Shown: positions 36,101 through 45,396 of the stretch, one piece after another
How the letters are laid out: each line of letters opens with the position of its first letter
Position numbering within the stretch: position 1 is the first letter of the stretch
Source of the DNA: an uncultured Trueperaceae bacterium
Lineage (GTDB): Bacteria > Deinococcota > Deinococci > Deinococcales > Trueperaceae
Direction of reading: 5' to 3'
Length of the DNA stretch: 64,000 bases
Assembly (NCBI GenBank): GCA_963727505.1
Contig: CAVSGP010000009.1
Span: 681,449 to 745,448, forward strand
Made by a program: the position numbers and the translations under genes
The notes under the pieces: generated by a model
Seen by the model: the letters and a program-made list of their open reading frames with translations, nothing else
Told to the model about the DNA's origin: nothing
Database searches by the model: none

Positions 36101-39100
36101 GCGTCTTCGCAAGCGCGAGCGGCCCCTCGGAGGGGAGCTCGCCGTGGAACACCAGGCCGGGGAGTGCGCGGACCCGCAACCCGAGGCCGACCGGCGTGTC
36201 GGGTCCGCTGCCGGCCAGCGTGATCAGCATCGGTCCGGAGGCGAGCTGCAGGTTGCCGTCGGCCCGTAACGCGCCGCCGGTCTCGAAGAGCCGGGCGGTT
36301 CCCATGGAGCCACCGGAGGAGCCGGCGGCGGACAGCGTCAGGTCCAGCGTCGGCACGAGCGCGCCGCTCAGGTGCAGCTCCCCGCCGATCGCGGGGCCCT
36401 GCAGCGCGGCCTCCAGGGTGGCGCGCCGGAGGGAGGCATGCAGGCGGGCGCTGCCACCTACCGCTCCCTGCAGGGTGAGGTTACCGTCGAGGGCGGGGTC
36501 GCCCGCGGGGCCTCCGAGGGTGCCGTCGAGGGCTCCGCGCACACCGGCCAGCCGGGCGCCCTCGAGCGTGACGCGCCCTGCCCAGGTCCTCCCCGTGGAC
36601 AGGGTCGCAGTGAGGTCGAGCTGGCCGCCGAGCACGTTGCCGCTGGCATGGAGCGTGGGCATGTCACGGTTCGAGGCACGCAGCGTTAGCGCCACGGGCG
36701 CGCTCGCGACGGTGCCGGAGAGGGTCAGCGCGGTGTCGCCCGTCAGGCCCGTGCCGCTCGCGTCGCCGGTGGCGGTGATCCCGCCGGTCAGCGGCTGCGC
36801 CTCGAGATGGAGCGCCCACGCCAACGAGGTTGGCCGCAGCGAGCCGTGGAGGTGCGGCGCGTCCAGGAGGACCGGAGCGCCCGGGCCGTCGCTGGAGACG
36901 CTCAAGGTTCCGAGGTCGATGCCCTCGATCGACGCACCCTGGATGCGACCGCTCAGCCACGGTGCGGCGCCCACGGCGAGCTCGACCGTGCCGCCGGCGT
37001 GGACGCCCAGCGAGCTCAACGGACCGTTGAGCTGCGCACTGCCGAGGTCGCCTGCGACGGTGGCGCGCCACCCGCTCAGCGCGCTGGCGCCCACCACCTG
37101 CAGGCGGCCCTGGGAATCGGTCGATAGCTGCGCTTCGGCGTTGCCGACCCGGGCCTGGCCGCGCGCCTCCACTCGTCCGTCCTGCAGCACGAGAGCCAGG
37201 TCGGTCGCCATGCTCCGATAGGCCAGCGTGCTGTGGAGGTCGAGTCGGCCCTGAGCGGGCCGGGCATCGGCGCGCAGCTGGCCGTGGACTTCGCCCGCGC
37301 CATGCAGGGTGGCCGAGAGCGTGGGGTCTGCCGGGCTGCCGCCGAGCTGAAGCGTGCCGTCGACCGTGCCCCCGGTCCCCGCCAGGCCGACCCGGGCCAG
37401 GTCGAGCACGGCGATCAGCGTGCCGTTGCGCACGTCGGCCAGGCTCGGCGCCGCGAGCACCAGCGGCCCGTGGACGAGGCCTTGGAGGTGGGGACCGGGT
37501 AGGGTCATGGCCGACAGGTCGGCGCGGACCTGGAGCGCGGCGCGCACTCCCTGACCGAGCGTGGCGGATCCCGTAAGGCTCGCGCCGGGCACCGTGAGTT
37601 CCAAGGAGGAAACGCGCGCCTGCAGGTTGCGGTCGCCTCCGCCCGCCAGCTCGGCGTGGAGACTCACGCTGGCGCCCTCCAGCCGCGGGTCGAACGGGGC
37701 GAGCGGGACGTGGTCGAGGGACACGTTCCCTCCCCAGGCGCCGCCCTGGTAGGTGGCCTTGAGGGCCACGGCCGTCCCGCCGAGGGTCAGCGAGCCCTGC
37801 GTGCCCTGGAGCCGAAGGGCTCCTCGGGCCTGCACGGCGCCTTGCAGGGCGACGGCACCGTCGAGCGACGGCTGTGCCCAGCTTCCGGAGAGCGAGGGAT
37901 GCCCGGTCAGGCGGAGCTCACCCGAGGTGGGTGTGGAGACGAGTTGCGTCAGGGGCACGTCGAACGTGACCGTGCCCTGGAGGTCACGGTGTTGCCAGGG
38001 ATCGGAGGAGACCTGCGCTGTGGCGTGCAGCCAGGGCCGATCGGCGGGTCCGGCCGTCGCCGTAGCCGACAACGCTCCATGGCCGCTGAGCGTGGCTGCG
38101 AGCTCGCCGGGCAGGCCGACCAGGCGACCAGGCGTCCGGATCGAAGCGCCGCCCGAGAAGCCGCCGTCCTGTCGCCATGTCAGGCCCGTGGCAAGGAGTT
38201 CGACCGGGGTCGCCAGTGCGCGGATCTGCGTGTCGCCATCGGCTCGGACATGGTCGAGCGTGGCGTCTCGCAGCCCGGCTGTGATGGTGAGTTGCCCGGT
38301 CTTCAGGGTGAGGTCCAGCCGGCGCGGGGGGCCGGCCGCCCGGATTTCCGTGGCAAGCTTCCAGGCCGGCGCCTCCAGGGTGCCCGCGAGACCCGCGTCC
38401 GGATAGGCCGCGCCGGAGAGCGCCAGCGTCCATGGAGTGGGCCCCATCGAGCTGTTCACCTGCAGGCTGTGGACCCGGACCGCGCCCTGAGCCAGGCGGA
38501 TCTCCGTGGCCAGGCTTCCCGTGAGGCCGCTGCCCAACGCTCGGAGACTGCCGACGGGCGCGTTGGCTCGGAGAGTGAGGTCCGTCGTTCCGTTGCTACG
38601 TGTGACACCTGCGTCGAGCGATGCGCCGCCGAGCTGGGCCTGCAGCGCTCCACTCCCTGCGGCAGGGTTGGCGTGCGCGTGGACGGTCATGGGCGCGCCG
38701 TCCGCGCTCCCCGACAGGTCGAGGCGCGGCGCGCGGCCGGTGTCGAGCGTGCCGCCGAGCTGCACCGAACCGTCCGGTCCCTGCACGTCCAGGCGCAAGG
38801 GCGCGCCGGACGCGCCCGTGGCGCGGAGTGCGACCGGACCGTAGCTCGCGCTGAGGTCGATGCCGCCCGCGGCGCTGGCGTGCCCCGCCAACGTCACCTT
38901 CCGGCCGGCCAGCGTCCCGTCGGCCTGGACGCGCGTGGCGAGCGTAAGCGGTGCCGTCGCGACCGTGAGCTCGCCGGTGGCCTTGACGTCGAGCGGCACG
39001 CCGAGGAGCGCGCCGATCCGCGTGAGGTCCACCGACGCCAGGTCCGCGGACACGCTCAGGTCCCCGGCCCTGCCCTGGAGCGTAGCGATCGCCAGTGGAG

Positions 39101-42100
39101 CTGCGCTCGGGGCAGCCGGCGAGGCGAGCAGCCTGGCGGTTCCCGCATAGCCCGCGCCCTGGCCGTCGACGACTGCGTGTACCGGGAGGGTGGCGGTTCC
39201 AACGGCCAGCGCGCTGCCCAGGGCGGCCCGCCAGCTTCCGTCGAGCGCGACGTGACCGGTCACCCTGGCGTCGGCTGCGAGGAGGCGCGAGGCTGCACCG
39301 AGGTGCGGCCCGAGGGCCGACGCAGCGACCGTCAGGTCTGCATCCAGTCCGTTTGGGACGTTGCCCGCAAGGGTGCCGTGGACCGCTCCACCGCTGAGCC
39401 TGGCGGAGAACGTCGGCCGGGGGAGGGAACCGCCGACGTCCAACGAGAGGCTCTCGTCGGCACCGAGGACCCGCAGGGGTAGCGCGAGGGAGCCCTGTAT
39501 CTCGCCCACGCTACCGTTCAGCGTGAGTCCGTCGCCGCGTACGGCTAGCTTGCCGGAGCGCGGCGACCAGGTGATCGAGGCCCGTCGAGCCGGCACGCCG
39601 ATCCAGGGAGCCGCATCGACCGCAGATGTCGTCAGCGCAGCGGTGACCCGAAGATCGCTCCAGGTGCCGTCGGTGGTGGCGTCCAGGCGCACCGCGCCCC
39701 CGTAGGCCTGCACCACCGCCTGCAGCCGGGGGTCGGGCAGGAGGGGGCCGGAGACCTCGGCCAGGAGCGGACCGTCGGTGACCTCGAGCTTCCCGGTGAG
39801 ACCCCCGCCCTGGCCCGTCAGGTCGGCCGAGAGGCGCGCCGGCGTCGTGGCACGTGCGTGCAAGGCGCCTGTCCAGGCTCCGCCTTCGTGACTGAGCGCC
39901 CCGTCGAGCACAGCGTCGGTCGGAAGGGATGCCAGAAGGGGTCGGAGGGCAGCGCCGTCGGCCGTGAGCGACGCGCTTCCGGGGGACGCGTGGAAGCTGA
40001 GCCCGCCGCCCTGGGCGCCGATGCGGTAGTCGCCGGCTGCGCCCGAGAGCGTCGCGTCGATGGCCGACGCTCCCGCTTGCCAGTGGGCATCGACGCGGTA
40101 ACTGGAGCGTCCGGTGAGGCTCGCCTCGCCGTTCAAGGTGATCGTCCCGGCGGGTTCCAGGAAGGCCGGGAGCGGGCCAGCGGCAACGGCAGCCGGCAAC
40201 TTCCCCTCGACCTTCAACGAGCCGGGGGTGCCCGTCGCGTCGAGGAGGGCGGCACCGTCAGCGGTGCGGAGGTGGGCGGCGACCGGGAGGGCCCCCAGGC
40301 CGGCGCCGAGGCCGACCTGAGGCGCACCGGTGACCTCGTCGCGGGGACCGCTGCCGGCCGTGGCGAGCTCGGCGACCAGCGCCTGCCCTCCGTAGAGGAG
40401 CGGGAGGCGCACGTCGCCCGACAACCGGTCGCCACGCAGGTGAACGTGGCCGCCGTCCCCCAGCGCCAGATCCATCACGAGCGGCGAGAGGGTGCCGTGG
40501 ACGCTCCAGGGCAGGGGGCCCAGCTCGACGCCGGCGACCAGGGAGCGGGCGGGCATGGTGCCGGAACCGTGCACGCCCTGGCCGCCGATCGTGAGGGGGC
40601 CGAGGGGGCCCGCCTGCGCGGTCAGGGCCAGTTGGGGGAGGAGGGTGCCGTCCGCCTGCAACGGAACGCCCGCCCCGGTCGAGCGCAGCGACGCCTCGAG
40701 ACGGGCGCCGGCGCCCGTCAGCGTCAAGCGGCCCTCGATCGGGGCGGTGACGTCGACGCTGGCGCTCCCTCGATAGCGCACGTTTCCAGCGACTCGTTCG
40801 GCGTGCAGGTCGGCCTCGAGCCTGCCTGCGAGGGGGAGCGTCAGGGCCGTGGCGATCGGATCCAAGGGCAGCGCGCCGGTCGCGCTCCAGCCCTGCGCCG
40901 TGAACACGGCGTCGAGGCGCTGGGGCTCCTGCCCGGCGGCGACCTCGAGTCGCGCTCCGCCCGCTGGCCAGGCGAGCGCGGCGGTCACCGGAAGGTCTCC
41001 CAGGGCGCCACTCAGTGACGCGCGCAGCGCGCCAAGATCGGCCTCGCCCGAGAGTTGCAAGTCCCGGGAGAGCGCGATCGGTCCGAAGCGGCTTCCCGAC
41101 GGTGCTGCCACGTCGACCGCGAGCGTGCCGCCTTGAGGGCGGACCCGCAGCGTCGCGGCCCCACTCCGCACGGTGAGATCGGGGCGCAGCGCTTCCAGGG
41201 CGCCGGTGGCGCGGTTCGGCGTAGGAGCAGCGGTGCCGGTGGGGACACGCGCGAGCGGCATGGTGAGCGTGCCGTCGGCGGTGAGTTGGACTCCGGCCGC
41301 CGTCATCGCGAGCTGGGCCAGCGTCGCCCGGATCTCGCCCCCGCCGAGCGCGATGCGGACCTTCCCGTCCGCGGACGACGCTTCGAGGCGCGTGCTCGGG
41401 GTGGAGCCGGGTCCGACCGTGAAGGGCCCCGGTCGAAGCGCGAGTGGCCCCGCTTCGACGGTGCCAACGTGCAACGTTCCCGCCGGGTGGACCCCGGTGG
41501 CGTCAACGGCCAGCGTGCCGTCGACGACGGCGAGCTGCGCCGTGACGGGGCCCCGGAGCGCCGTCGGCGCCAGGGTCACGGCGAGCGTGCCGACCAACGG
41601 TGCCAGGTCGAGGCCGCCCGACACGGTGAGTGGCCCCAGCGTTCCCGAGATGCCCGTGAGCCGCGTGCCCTCCAGAACCGCATGGACCTGACCGCTCAGG
41701 TCCGCGTCGAGGCTCGCGCCGTTCATGCCCGCGGTGACGGCGCTCGATCCGCCAAGGGTGAGCGTGAGCGGCAGGGCGGTCACGGGTCCATCCGCTCGCA
41801 GGCCGGCGTCGACGGGGGACGTCAAGCCGGCCAGCGTGAGGCCGTGGGCGCGCAGCTCACCGCTGACCGTCCCGTTGGCCAGAGCGAGGGCACCCTCGAG
41901 CCGGGCGCCGAGGTCGTCGCTCCCCTGCAGCACACCCTGCCAGCCGTCACGGTTGAGGCCGGCATCGAGCGACAGGGTGGCGTGCCGGTCCGGCAGGGTG
42001 GCGTGGTCGGTGAGGTGGAGGTTGCCGCCGGCGCCCTGGGCTGTGAGCTGGAGCTGCAGCTGCCCGTCCAGGCGCTGGCCCGGCAGGGGCGCCATGTTCT

Positions 42101-43268
42101 GTGCCTTGGCGTCGACACGCGTGCCGTTCGGGCCGGACGCCACGGTCACGACGGCGGTGCCCCCGGCGACGTCGCCGGTGGCCTGGACCGTCACGCCCCT
42201 CCGGGTGTCGTACGTGTAATCGGACGCCAGGGCCGTCAGGGACATGCCAGCGAGGCTCCCGCTGCCCCGAGCCTTGCCGCTCACGTGTACCTCGGTCCAG
42301 CCCGAGACGTCGAGGGTGGTGGTCGCCGTTCCCGTCAGCGCGAGCCGGTCGGCTGGAGGGAGGCTGCCCCGGCCGAGCCAGGCCGCCGCGGCGACGAGCT
42401 GGGGCGCCGCCGTGCCGTGCGCCTCCCAGTGGCGAGCCGCGATGTTCACGGTCCCCTCGGCCTGGACGGACCCGCCCAGGGCGTCGCCCTGGACCTTCGC
42501 CGTGATGAGCGGATAGCGCAGCTGGACGTCGCCGTGGATGTTCGCCGGCGTCAGCCCGATGGCGGTCAGCGAGCCTCCCTGCAGCTTGAAGTCGCCGCGG
42601 ACGCCGTCGGCTCCGACGTGCAGGGGACCGGACACGGTGCCGCCGCTCGCGCCGGGGAACCAGTGGCGTGCCAGGGTGATGTCGGCGCGCGTCACCTGGC
42701 CGTCGAAGCTGGGGCCGGTCAGGTCGAGCACCCCGCGCGCGTCTGCGCTACCGTCGGCCGTGCGGAGGTGGGCCTGCAGGTCCAGTGCGTTGCCGCGCTG
42801 CCGGATGCGGATGTCGCTCACCGCTCCGCTGGGGATGGTGTAGGGCACCTGTTGGACGGTGACGGATGCGTCGCTGACCTTGAGCTCCTGGAGCACCGGG
42901 GTGACCGGGAAGCCCGCTCCGCCGCCGGATCGCGCCAGCTGGGTGACGTCCACCGACCCCCGTACTCCCTTCAGCGTCACCGTGAGGGGGAGCTCGCCGG
43001 TGAGCAACGACGGTAGGAAGTAGCCGACGTCGAGCGCCGCGACGCGCACGTCGACTCCGGGTGCGCGCACGCTGACTTCGTCGAGGTGAACCCCCGTCCA
43101 CGGATTCCCGGTCGCGCTCCCGTAGTCGAGCGCGATCCCCGAGGCCTGCAGTGCGCTCTGCACCCGGCCGAGGAGCCAGGCACGTCCGGGAGGCGTCTGC
43201 GGGATGATCGCCGCAAGGGCGATCACCGCCGCTAACGCCAGCAGGGTGACGAGGGTTCGTCGTCGCAT
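33138..43268 (-). CDS. tamB: Giant TamB / AsmA-like translocation-assembly protein (3376 aa)
   Basis: N-terminal TM anchor with QTPPGRAWL; long Gly-rich amphipathic beta repeats; DUF490-like C-terminus (LTLTGT..P.LSG, GGYLTPELFASY) ending in W. Confidence 0.85.
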   Translation of the reverse strand: MRRRTLVTLLALAAVIALAAIIPQTPPGRAWLLGRVQSALQASGIALDYGSATGNPWTGVHLDEVSVRAPGVDVRVAALDVGYFLPSLLTGELPLTVTLKGVRGSVDVTQLARSGGGAGFPVTPVLQELKVSDASVTVQQVPYTIPSGAVSDIRIRQRGNALDLQAHLRTADGSADARGVLDLTGPSFDGQVTRADITLARHWFPGASGGTVSGPLHVGADGVRGDFKLQGGSLTAIGLTPANIHGDVQLRYPLITAKVQGDALGGSVQAEGTVNIAARHWEAHGTAAPQLVAAAAWLGRGSLPPADRLALTGTATTTLDVSGWTEVHVSGKARGSGSLAGMSLTALASDYTYDTRRGVTVQATGDVAGGTAVVTVASGPNGTRVDAKAQNMAPLPGQRLDGQLQLQLTAQGAGGNLHLTDHATLPDRHATLSLDAGLNRDGWQGVLQGSDDLGARLEGALALANGTVSGELRAHGLTLAGLTSPVDAGLRADGPVTALPLTLTLGGSSAVTAGMNGASLDADLSGQVHAVLEGTRLTGISGTLGPLTVSGGLDLAPLVGTLAVTLAPTALRGPVTAQLAVVDGTLAVDATGVHPAGTLHVGTVEAGPLALRPGPFTVGPGSTPSTRLEASSADGKVRIALGGGEIRATLAQLAMTAAGVQLTADGTLTMPLARVPTGTAAPTPNRATGALEALRPDLTVRSGAATLRVRPQGGTLAVDVAAPSGSRFGPIALSRDLQLSGEADLGALRASLSGALGDLPVTAALAWPAGGARLEVAAGQEPQRLDAVFTAQGWSATGALPLDPIATALTLPLAGRLEADLHAERVAGNVRYRGSASVDVTAPIEGRLTLTGAGARLEASLRSTGAGVPLQADGTLLPQLALTAQAGPLGPLTIGGQGVHGSGTMPARSLVAGVELGPLPWSVHGTLSPLVMDLALGDGGHVHLRGDRLSGDVRLPLLYGGQALVAELATAGSGPRDEVTGAPQVGLGAGLGALPVAAHLRTADGAALLDATGTPGSLKVEGKLPAAVAAGPLPAFLEPAGTITLNGEASLTGRSSYRVDAHWQAGASAIDATLSGAAGDYRIGAQGGGLSFHASPGSASLTADGAALRPLLASLPTDAVLDGALSHEGGAWTGALHARATTPARLSADLTGQGGGLTGKLEVTDGPLLAEVSGPLLPDPRLQAVVQAYGGAVRLDATTDGTWSDLRVTAALTTSAVDAAPWIGVPARRASITWSPRSGKLAVRGDGLTLNGSVGEIQGSLALPLRVLGADESLSLDVGGSLPRPTFSARLSGGAVHGTLAGNVPNGLDADLTVAASALGPHLGAASRLLAADARVTGHVALDGSWRAALGSALAVGTATLPVHAVVDGQGAGYAGTARLLASPAAPSAAPLAIATLQGRAGDLSVSADLASVDLTRIGALLGVPLDVKATGELTVATAPLTLATRVQADGTLAGRKVTLAGHASAAGGIDLSASYGPVALRATGASGAPLRLDVQGPDGSVQLGGTLDTGRAPRLDLSGSADGAPMTVHAHANPAAGSGALQAQLGGASLDAGVTRSNGTTDLTLRANAPVGSLRALGSGLTGSLATEIRLAQGAVRVHSLQVNSSMGPTPWTLALSGAAYPDAGLAGTLEAPAWKLATEIRAAGPPRRLDLTLKTGQLTITAGLRDATLDHVRADGDTQIRALATPVELLATGLTWRQDGGFSGGASIRTPGRLVGLPGELAATLSGHGALSATATAGPADRPWLHATAQVSSDPWQHRDLQGTVTFDVPLTQLVSTPTSGELRLTGHPSLSGSWAQPSLDGAVALQGAVQARGALRLQGTQGSLTLGGTAVALKATYQGGAWGGNVSLDHVPLAPFDPRLEGASVSLHAELAGGGDRNLQARVSSLELTVPGASLTGSATLGQGVRAALQVRADLSAMTLPGPHLQGLVHGPLVLAAPSLADVRNGTLIAVLDLARVGLAGTGGTVDGTLQLGGSPADPTLSATLHGAGEVHGQLRADARPAQGRLDLHSTLAYRSMATDLALVLQDGRVEARGQARVGNAEAQLSTDSQGRLQVVGASALSGWRATVAGDLGSAQLNGPLSSLGVHAGGTVELAVGAAPWLSGRIQGASIEGIDLGTLSVSSDGPGAPVLLDAPHLHGSLRPTSLAWALHLEAQPLTGGITATGDASGTGLTGDTALTLSGTVASAPVALTLRASNRDMPTLHASGNVLGGQLDLTATLSTGRTWAGRVTLEGARLAGVRGALDGTLGGPAGDPALDGNLTLQGAVGGSARLHASLRRATLEAALQGPAIGGELHLSGALVPTLDLTLSAAGSSGGSMGTARLFETGGALRADGNLQLASGPMLITLAGSGPDTPVGLGLRVRALPGLVFHGELPSEGPLALAKTLSSDGLTFTGAARTRGRLTLRLAPAPQAELQQVELDVGGTTLSASGTLAPNGSHLQGALRLPDDFPVDHVGGAEMPYQLTADGGRITVRSDGALGTLHADIATAAGSGTVQADLHTLDAGGGVGVGSASVALSFDPSAGPSGTVAVNGVQVTRPGLPAVTLAADLQVGGGKVSGNADVKAPHGGVHADGSWGLGGWLPSALAPNAPTGGTLQARVNTFQLASLPTVARLAPHVAGTVSGIVRLRNETAVAQLVSPDFAVDGTALPLDIQLSGPLNDLSANLKLGTSFATATLQASRLKGVLTLRRFPAQVLAEASVGATDIRAEVDGLVRFDVPFADPAASYVRMATERIRLERAGVVTTGNLAFAYNDHAFTLEQASFKGRGTWQAQGTVDANQLDLKLSADNADFGPLLGLVPMFARYGVSANGSFTLEAQGSPTQPDVNLTASGLEVRVAGTHYRVGHADVALKGSALTAVASVVGVAPLGGSLDVHGSAQLTLAPLALRNTDFRFAGSAQVPVFGTVTDLSGGITQPPGSAPQLAVSGKLGNPFTIRGSLAPFDVTLRGQGLDLEARPLFVTSSSVNANVRMRATSKGLALGGELDASEIRMDLATGSSPSSAGSSPTAATGTPGTGATDAGAGSPTTGTQAALRSLVFDKLHLRAPQRVLLDASFGSMEAALDLTLTGTAASPELSGTASALRGSLHFGGRDFTIDRAVATFQPNRGVYPSLDVQAHTSFDKRRVLSGTSGVSFASPRDSNSFTVTLAFSGQVQPTQQGPSPVTFDISPTLTSDATVQTGTDTATSSPRPLSDQELLSLITLGRLEVQPQFAGQAGIGTAVAQSAIDTAVNVLVVNELQNALSKALGLDVVEIRTSPLSSLLDNSGQPFGVSVRVGGYLTPELFASYRLGNVTGSGENYAFTNEVTLTYDLGPLNFDLSGQLSFPDNSTPASAIPQLGVGLRYAFTPAIGLEAGVDLSNVRRQARFGVSFRW

Positions 43269-43445
43269 GGGATGCTCGCGGTCACGTGGGTCATCGGGCG
43301 GTGGGAACAGCGGGCGGTGAGGGCAGCCGGGCGCCGTGGGCTCACGGCGGGTTCCCGAGGCGCAAGAAATGCCGGTTCCGACGGCGCCCCCGCGTCGTTA
43401 TCGTAGCATCCGGCAATGAGAAATTGCGGTACCATGACGCCCGAT

Positions 43446-43733
43446 ATGACCGCTTCTGACAGGGCACGCCTCACCGCGCTGGTGCGTGGACGGGTGCAGG
43501 GCGTGGGCTTCCGCGCCTTCGTCCGGCGCCAGGCCCTCGACCTCAAGATCTCCGGCTACGTCGAGAACCTTCCGGACGGGCGGGTCGAGGTCGTGGCGGA
43601 GGGCGAGCGCTCGGAGCTCGAGCATCTGCTGGTCAAGCTGCGGGTAGGACCCTCCCACGCCGAGGTGGCGGACATCGACATCACCTGGGGGGACGGCGGA
43701 GCGATGCGCCGCGGGTTCTTCATCTATGGCTAG
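43446..43733 (+). CDS. acyP: Acylphosphatase
   Basis: VRGRVQGVGFR and GYVENLPDGRVEVVAEG motifs; start could instead be 43434. Confidence 0.93.
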   Translation: MTASDRARLTALVRGRVQGVGFRAFVRRQALDLKISGYVENLPDGRVEVVAEGERSELEHLLVKLRVGPSHAEVADIDITWGDGGAMRRGFFIYG

Positions 43734-44607
43734 CACTTCCATGTCCACGCCCGTCCCGGCGAACGTGCCCCGCGCCCTGGACGGGGAGGCGCTGGCCACG
43801 GTGCCCGGCGTACTGGGCGCCATCGCGCGCGAGCGAGCGGGAGACTACGCCGGCGCGCGCATGCCTGCGCGCCTCGAGCGGGCACCGGGGCGTCCGTCGC
43901 TGGCGGGCGCCCTACGCGCGCCCGGCCTCGGGGTCATCGCCGAAGTGAAGCGCGCCAGCCCGTCGCGTGGCGTCCTGGCGGACCACGATCCGGTCGATCT
44001 CGCGCGGACCTACGCCGGTGCAGGAGCCGCCGCTATCAGCGTGCTGACCGAGCACCGGCACTTCGGGGGGCGGCTCGAGCACCTGCGGGCGGTCGCCGAC
44101 GTCGTCGAGCTGCCCCTGCTCCGCAAGGACTTCGTGGTGCATCCGCTACAGCTCGTCGAGGCGCGGTCCTCCGGTGGCAGCGCCGTGCTGCTCATCGCCG
44201 CGGTGCTGGGGCCGGAGCTGGCCGCCTACCTGGCGTTCGCGTCGGCGCTCGGTCTGGAGAGTCTGGTGGAGGTGCACGACGGCGACGAACTCGAACGCGC
44301 GCGCTTCGCCGGCGCCCGCATCCTGGGCGTGAACAACCGCGACCTGCGGACCCTGGAGATCGACCTGGAGCTGGCGCCGCGGCTGATCGCGCGCGCGCGC
44401 CAGGACGGCTTCGACGGCCTGTGCGTGGCCGAGTCGGGCTACGGGTCGCGCGAGGAGCTCGAGGCGGTGCGCAACCTCGCGGACGGCGTGCTGATCGGGA
44501 GCAGCCTGGCGGCGAGCCGGGATCCCGCGGCTGCGCTCGCTGCGCTGCTGGTCGAGGAGGGCGAAGGTTCCTTGCTTCCTGGTCCGGACGGAGGGCAAAG
44601 ACGATGA
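43726..44607 (+). CDS. trpC: Indole-3-glycerol phosphate synthase
   Basis: IAEVKRASPSRG, ISVLTE..F.G, LLRKDF, LVEVHD, GVNNRDL and VAESG motifs. Confidence 0.95.
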   Translation: MASTSMSTPVPANVPRALDGEALATVPGVLGAIARERAGDYAGARMPARLERAPGRPSLAGALRAPGLGVIAEVKRASPSRGVLADHDPVDLARTYAGAGAAAISVLTEHRHFGGRLEHLRAVADVVELPLLRKDFVVHPLQLVEARSSGGSAVLLIAAVLGPELAAYLAFASALGLESLVEVHDGDELERARFAGARILGVNNRDLRTLEIDLELAPRLIARARQDGFDGLCVAESGYGSREELEAVRNLADGVLIGSSLAASRDPAAALAALLVEEGEGSLLPGPDGGQRR

Positions 44608-45311
44608 TCGACGTCGAGCATCCCATCGTGATCACGGGCGCCAGCAGCGGCATCGGCCGGGCGCTGGCCGTCGAGCTCGCCTCCCTTGGCGCCGCCCTGG
44701 TGCTGCAGGGGCGCGACCAGGGCCGGCTCGACGAGGTCCAGCGGGCCGTGGCCCACGCCGGCGGGCAGGGTGAGACCCGTGCGCTGGACCTCACCGACGA
44801 TGCTGACGTCGACGCCTGGACGGCCTCGCTCGTGGGCCGCGGTGTGGCGGCGCTCGTGCACTCGGCCGGGATGATCCGGCTCGGTACCGTGGCCGAGACC
44901 GACGTGGACGTGTTGGACGCTCATCACCGGGTCAACGTACGCGCGCCCTACCGGCTCACCCGTGCCCTGCTGCCGGAGCTGGAGGCGGCCGCGGGCCAGG
45001 TCGTGTTCGTGAACTCGGGGGCCGGCCTGCAGGCCCGCGCGCGATGGAGCGCGTACGCCGCGAGCAAGTTCGCCCTGCGGGCGCTCGCCGACAGCCTGCG
45101 ACAGGAGGTCGCAGAGCGCGGGATCCGGGTGACGACCGTGTATCCGGGGCGCACCGCCACTCCGATGCAGCGCGACGTGCACCGTCAGGAGGGCCGTGCG
45201 TACGATCCGCACGCGTTCGTCCGGCCCGAGGACGTGGCTTCGCAGGTGGCGGCGCTGCTGGCGTTGGACCCGCCCAGCGCCGTGACGGAGCTGACCATCC
45301 GCCCCGCTTGA
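44604..45311 (+). CDS. Short-chain dehydrogenase/reductase
   Basis: ITGASSGIG, NSGAG, YAASK and YPGRTATPMQ motifs. Confidence 0.92.
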   Translation: MIDVEHPIVITGASSGIGRALAVELASLGAALVLQGRDQGRLDEVQRAVAHAGGQGETRALDLTDDADVDAWTASLVGRGVAALVHSAGMIRLGTVAETDVDVLDAHHRVNVRAPYRLTRALLPELEAAAGQVVFVNSGAGLQARARWSAYAASKFALRALADSLRQEVAERGIRVTTVYPGRTATPMQRDVHRQEGRAYDPHAFVRPEDVASQVAALLALDPPSAVTELTIRPA

Positions 45312-45396
45312 CGACCGGAGAATGCCGCGTTGGCGCACGACAGGCGCGCAAGAACCGCGACTCCAGCGCACCGGGGCCGGGGCTATACTCGGTGCC

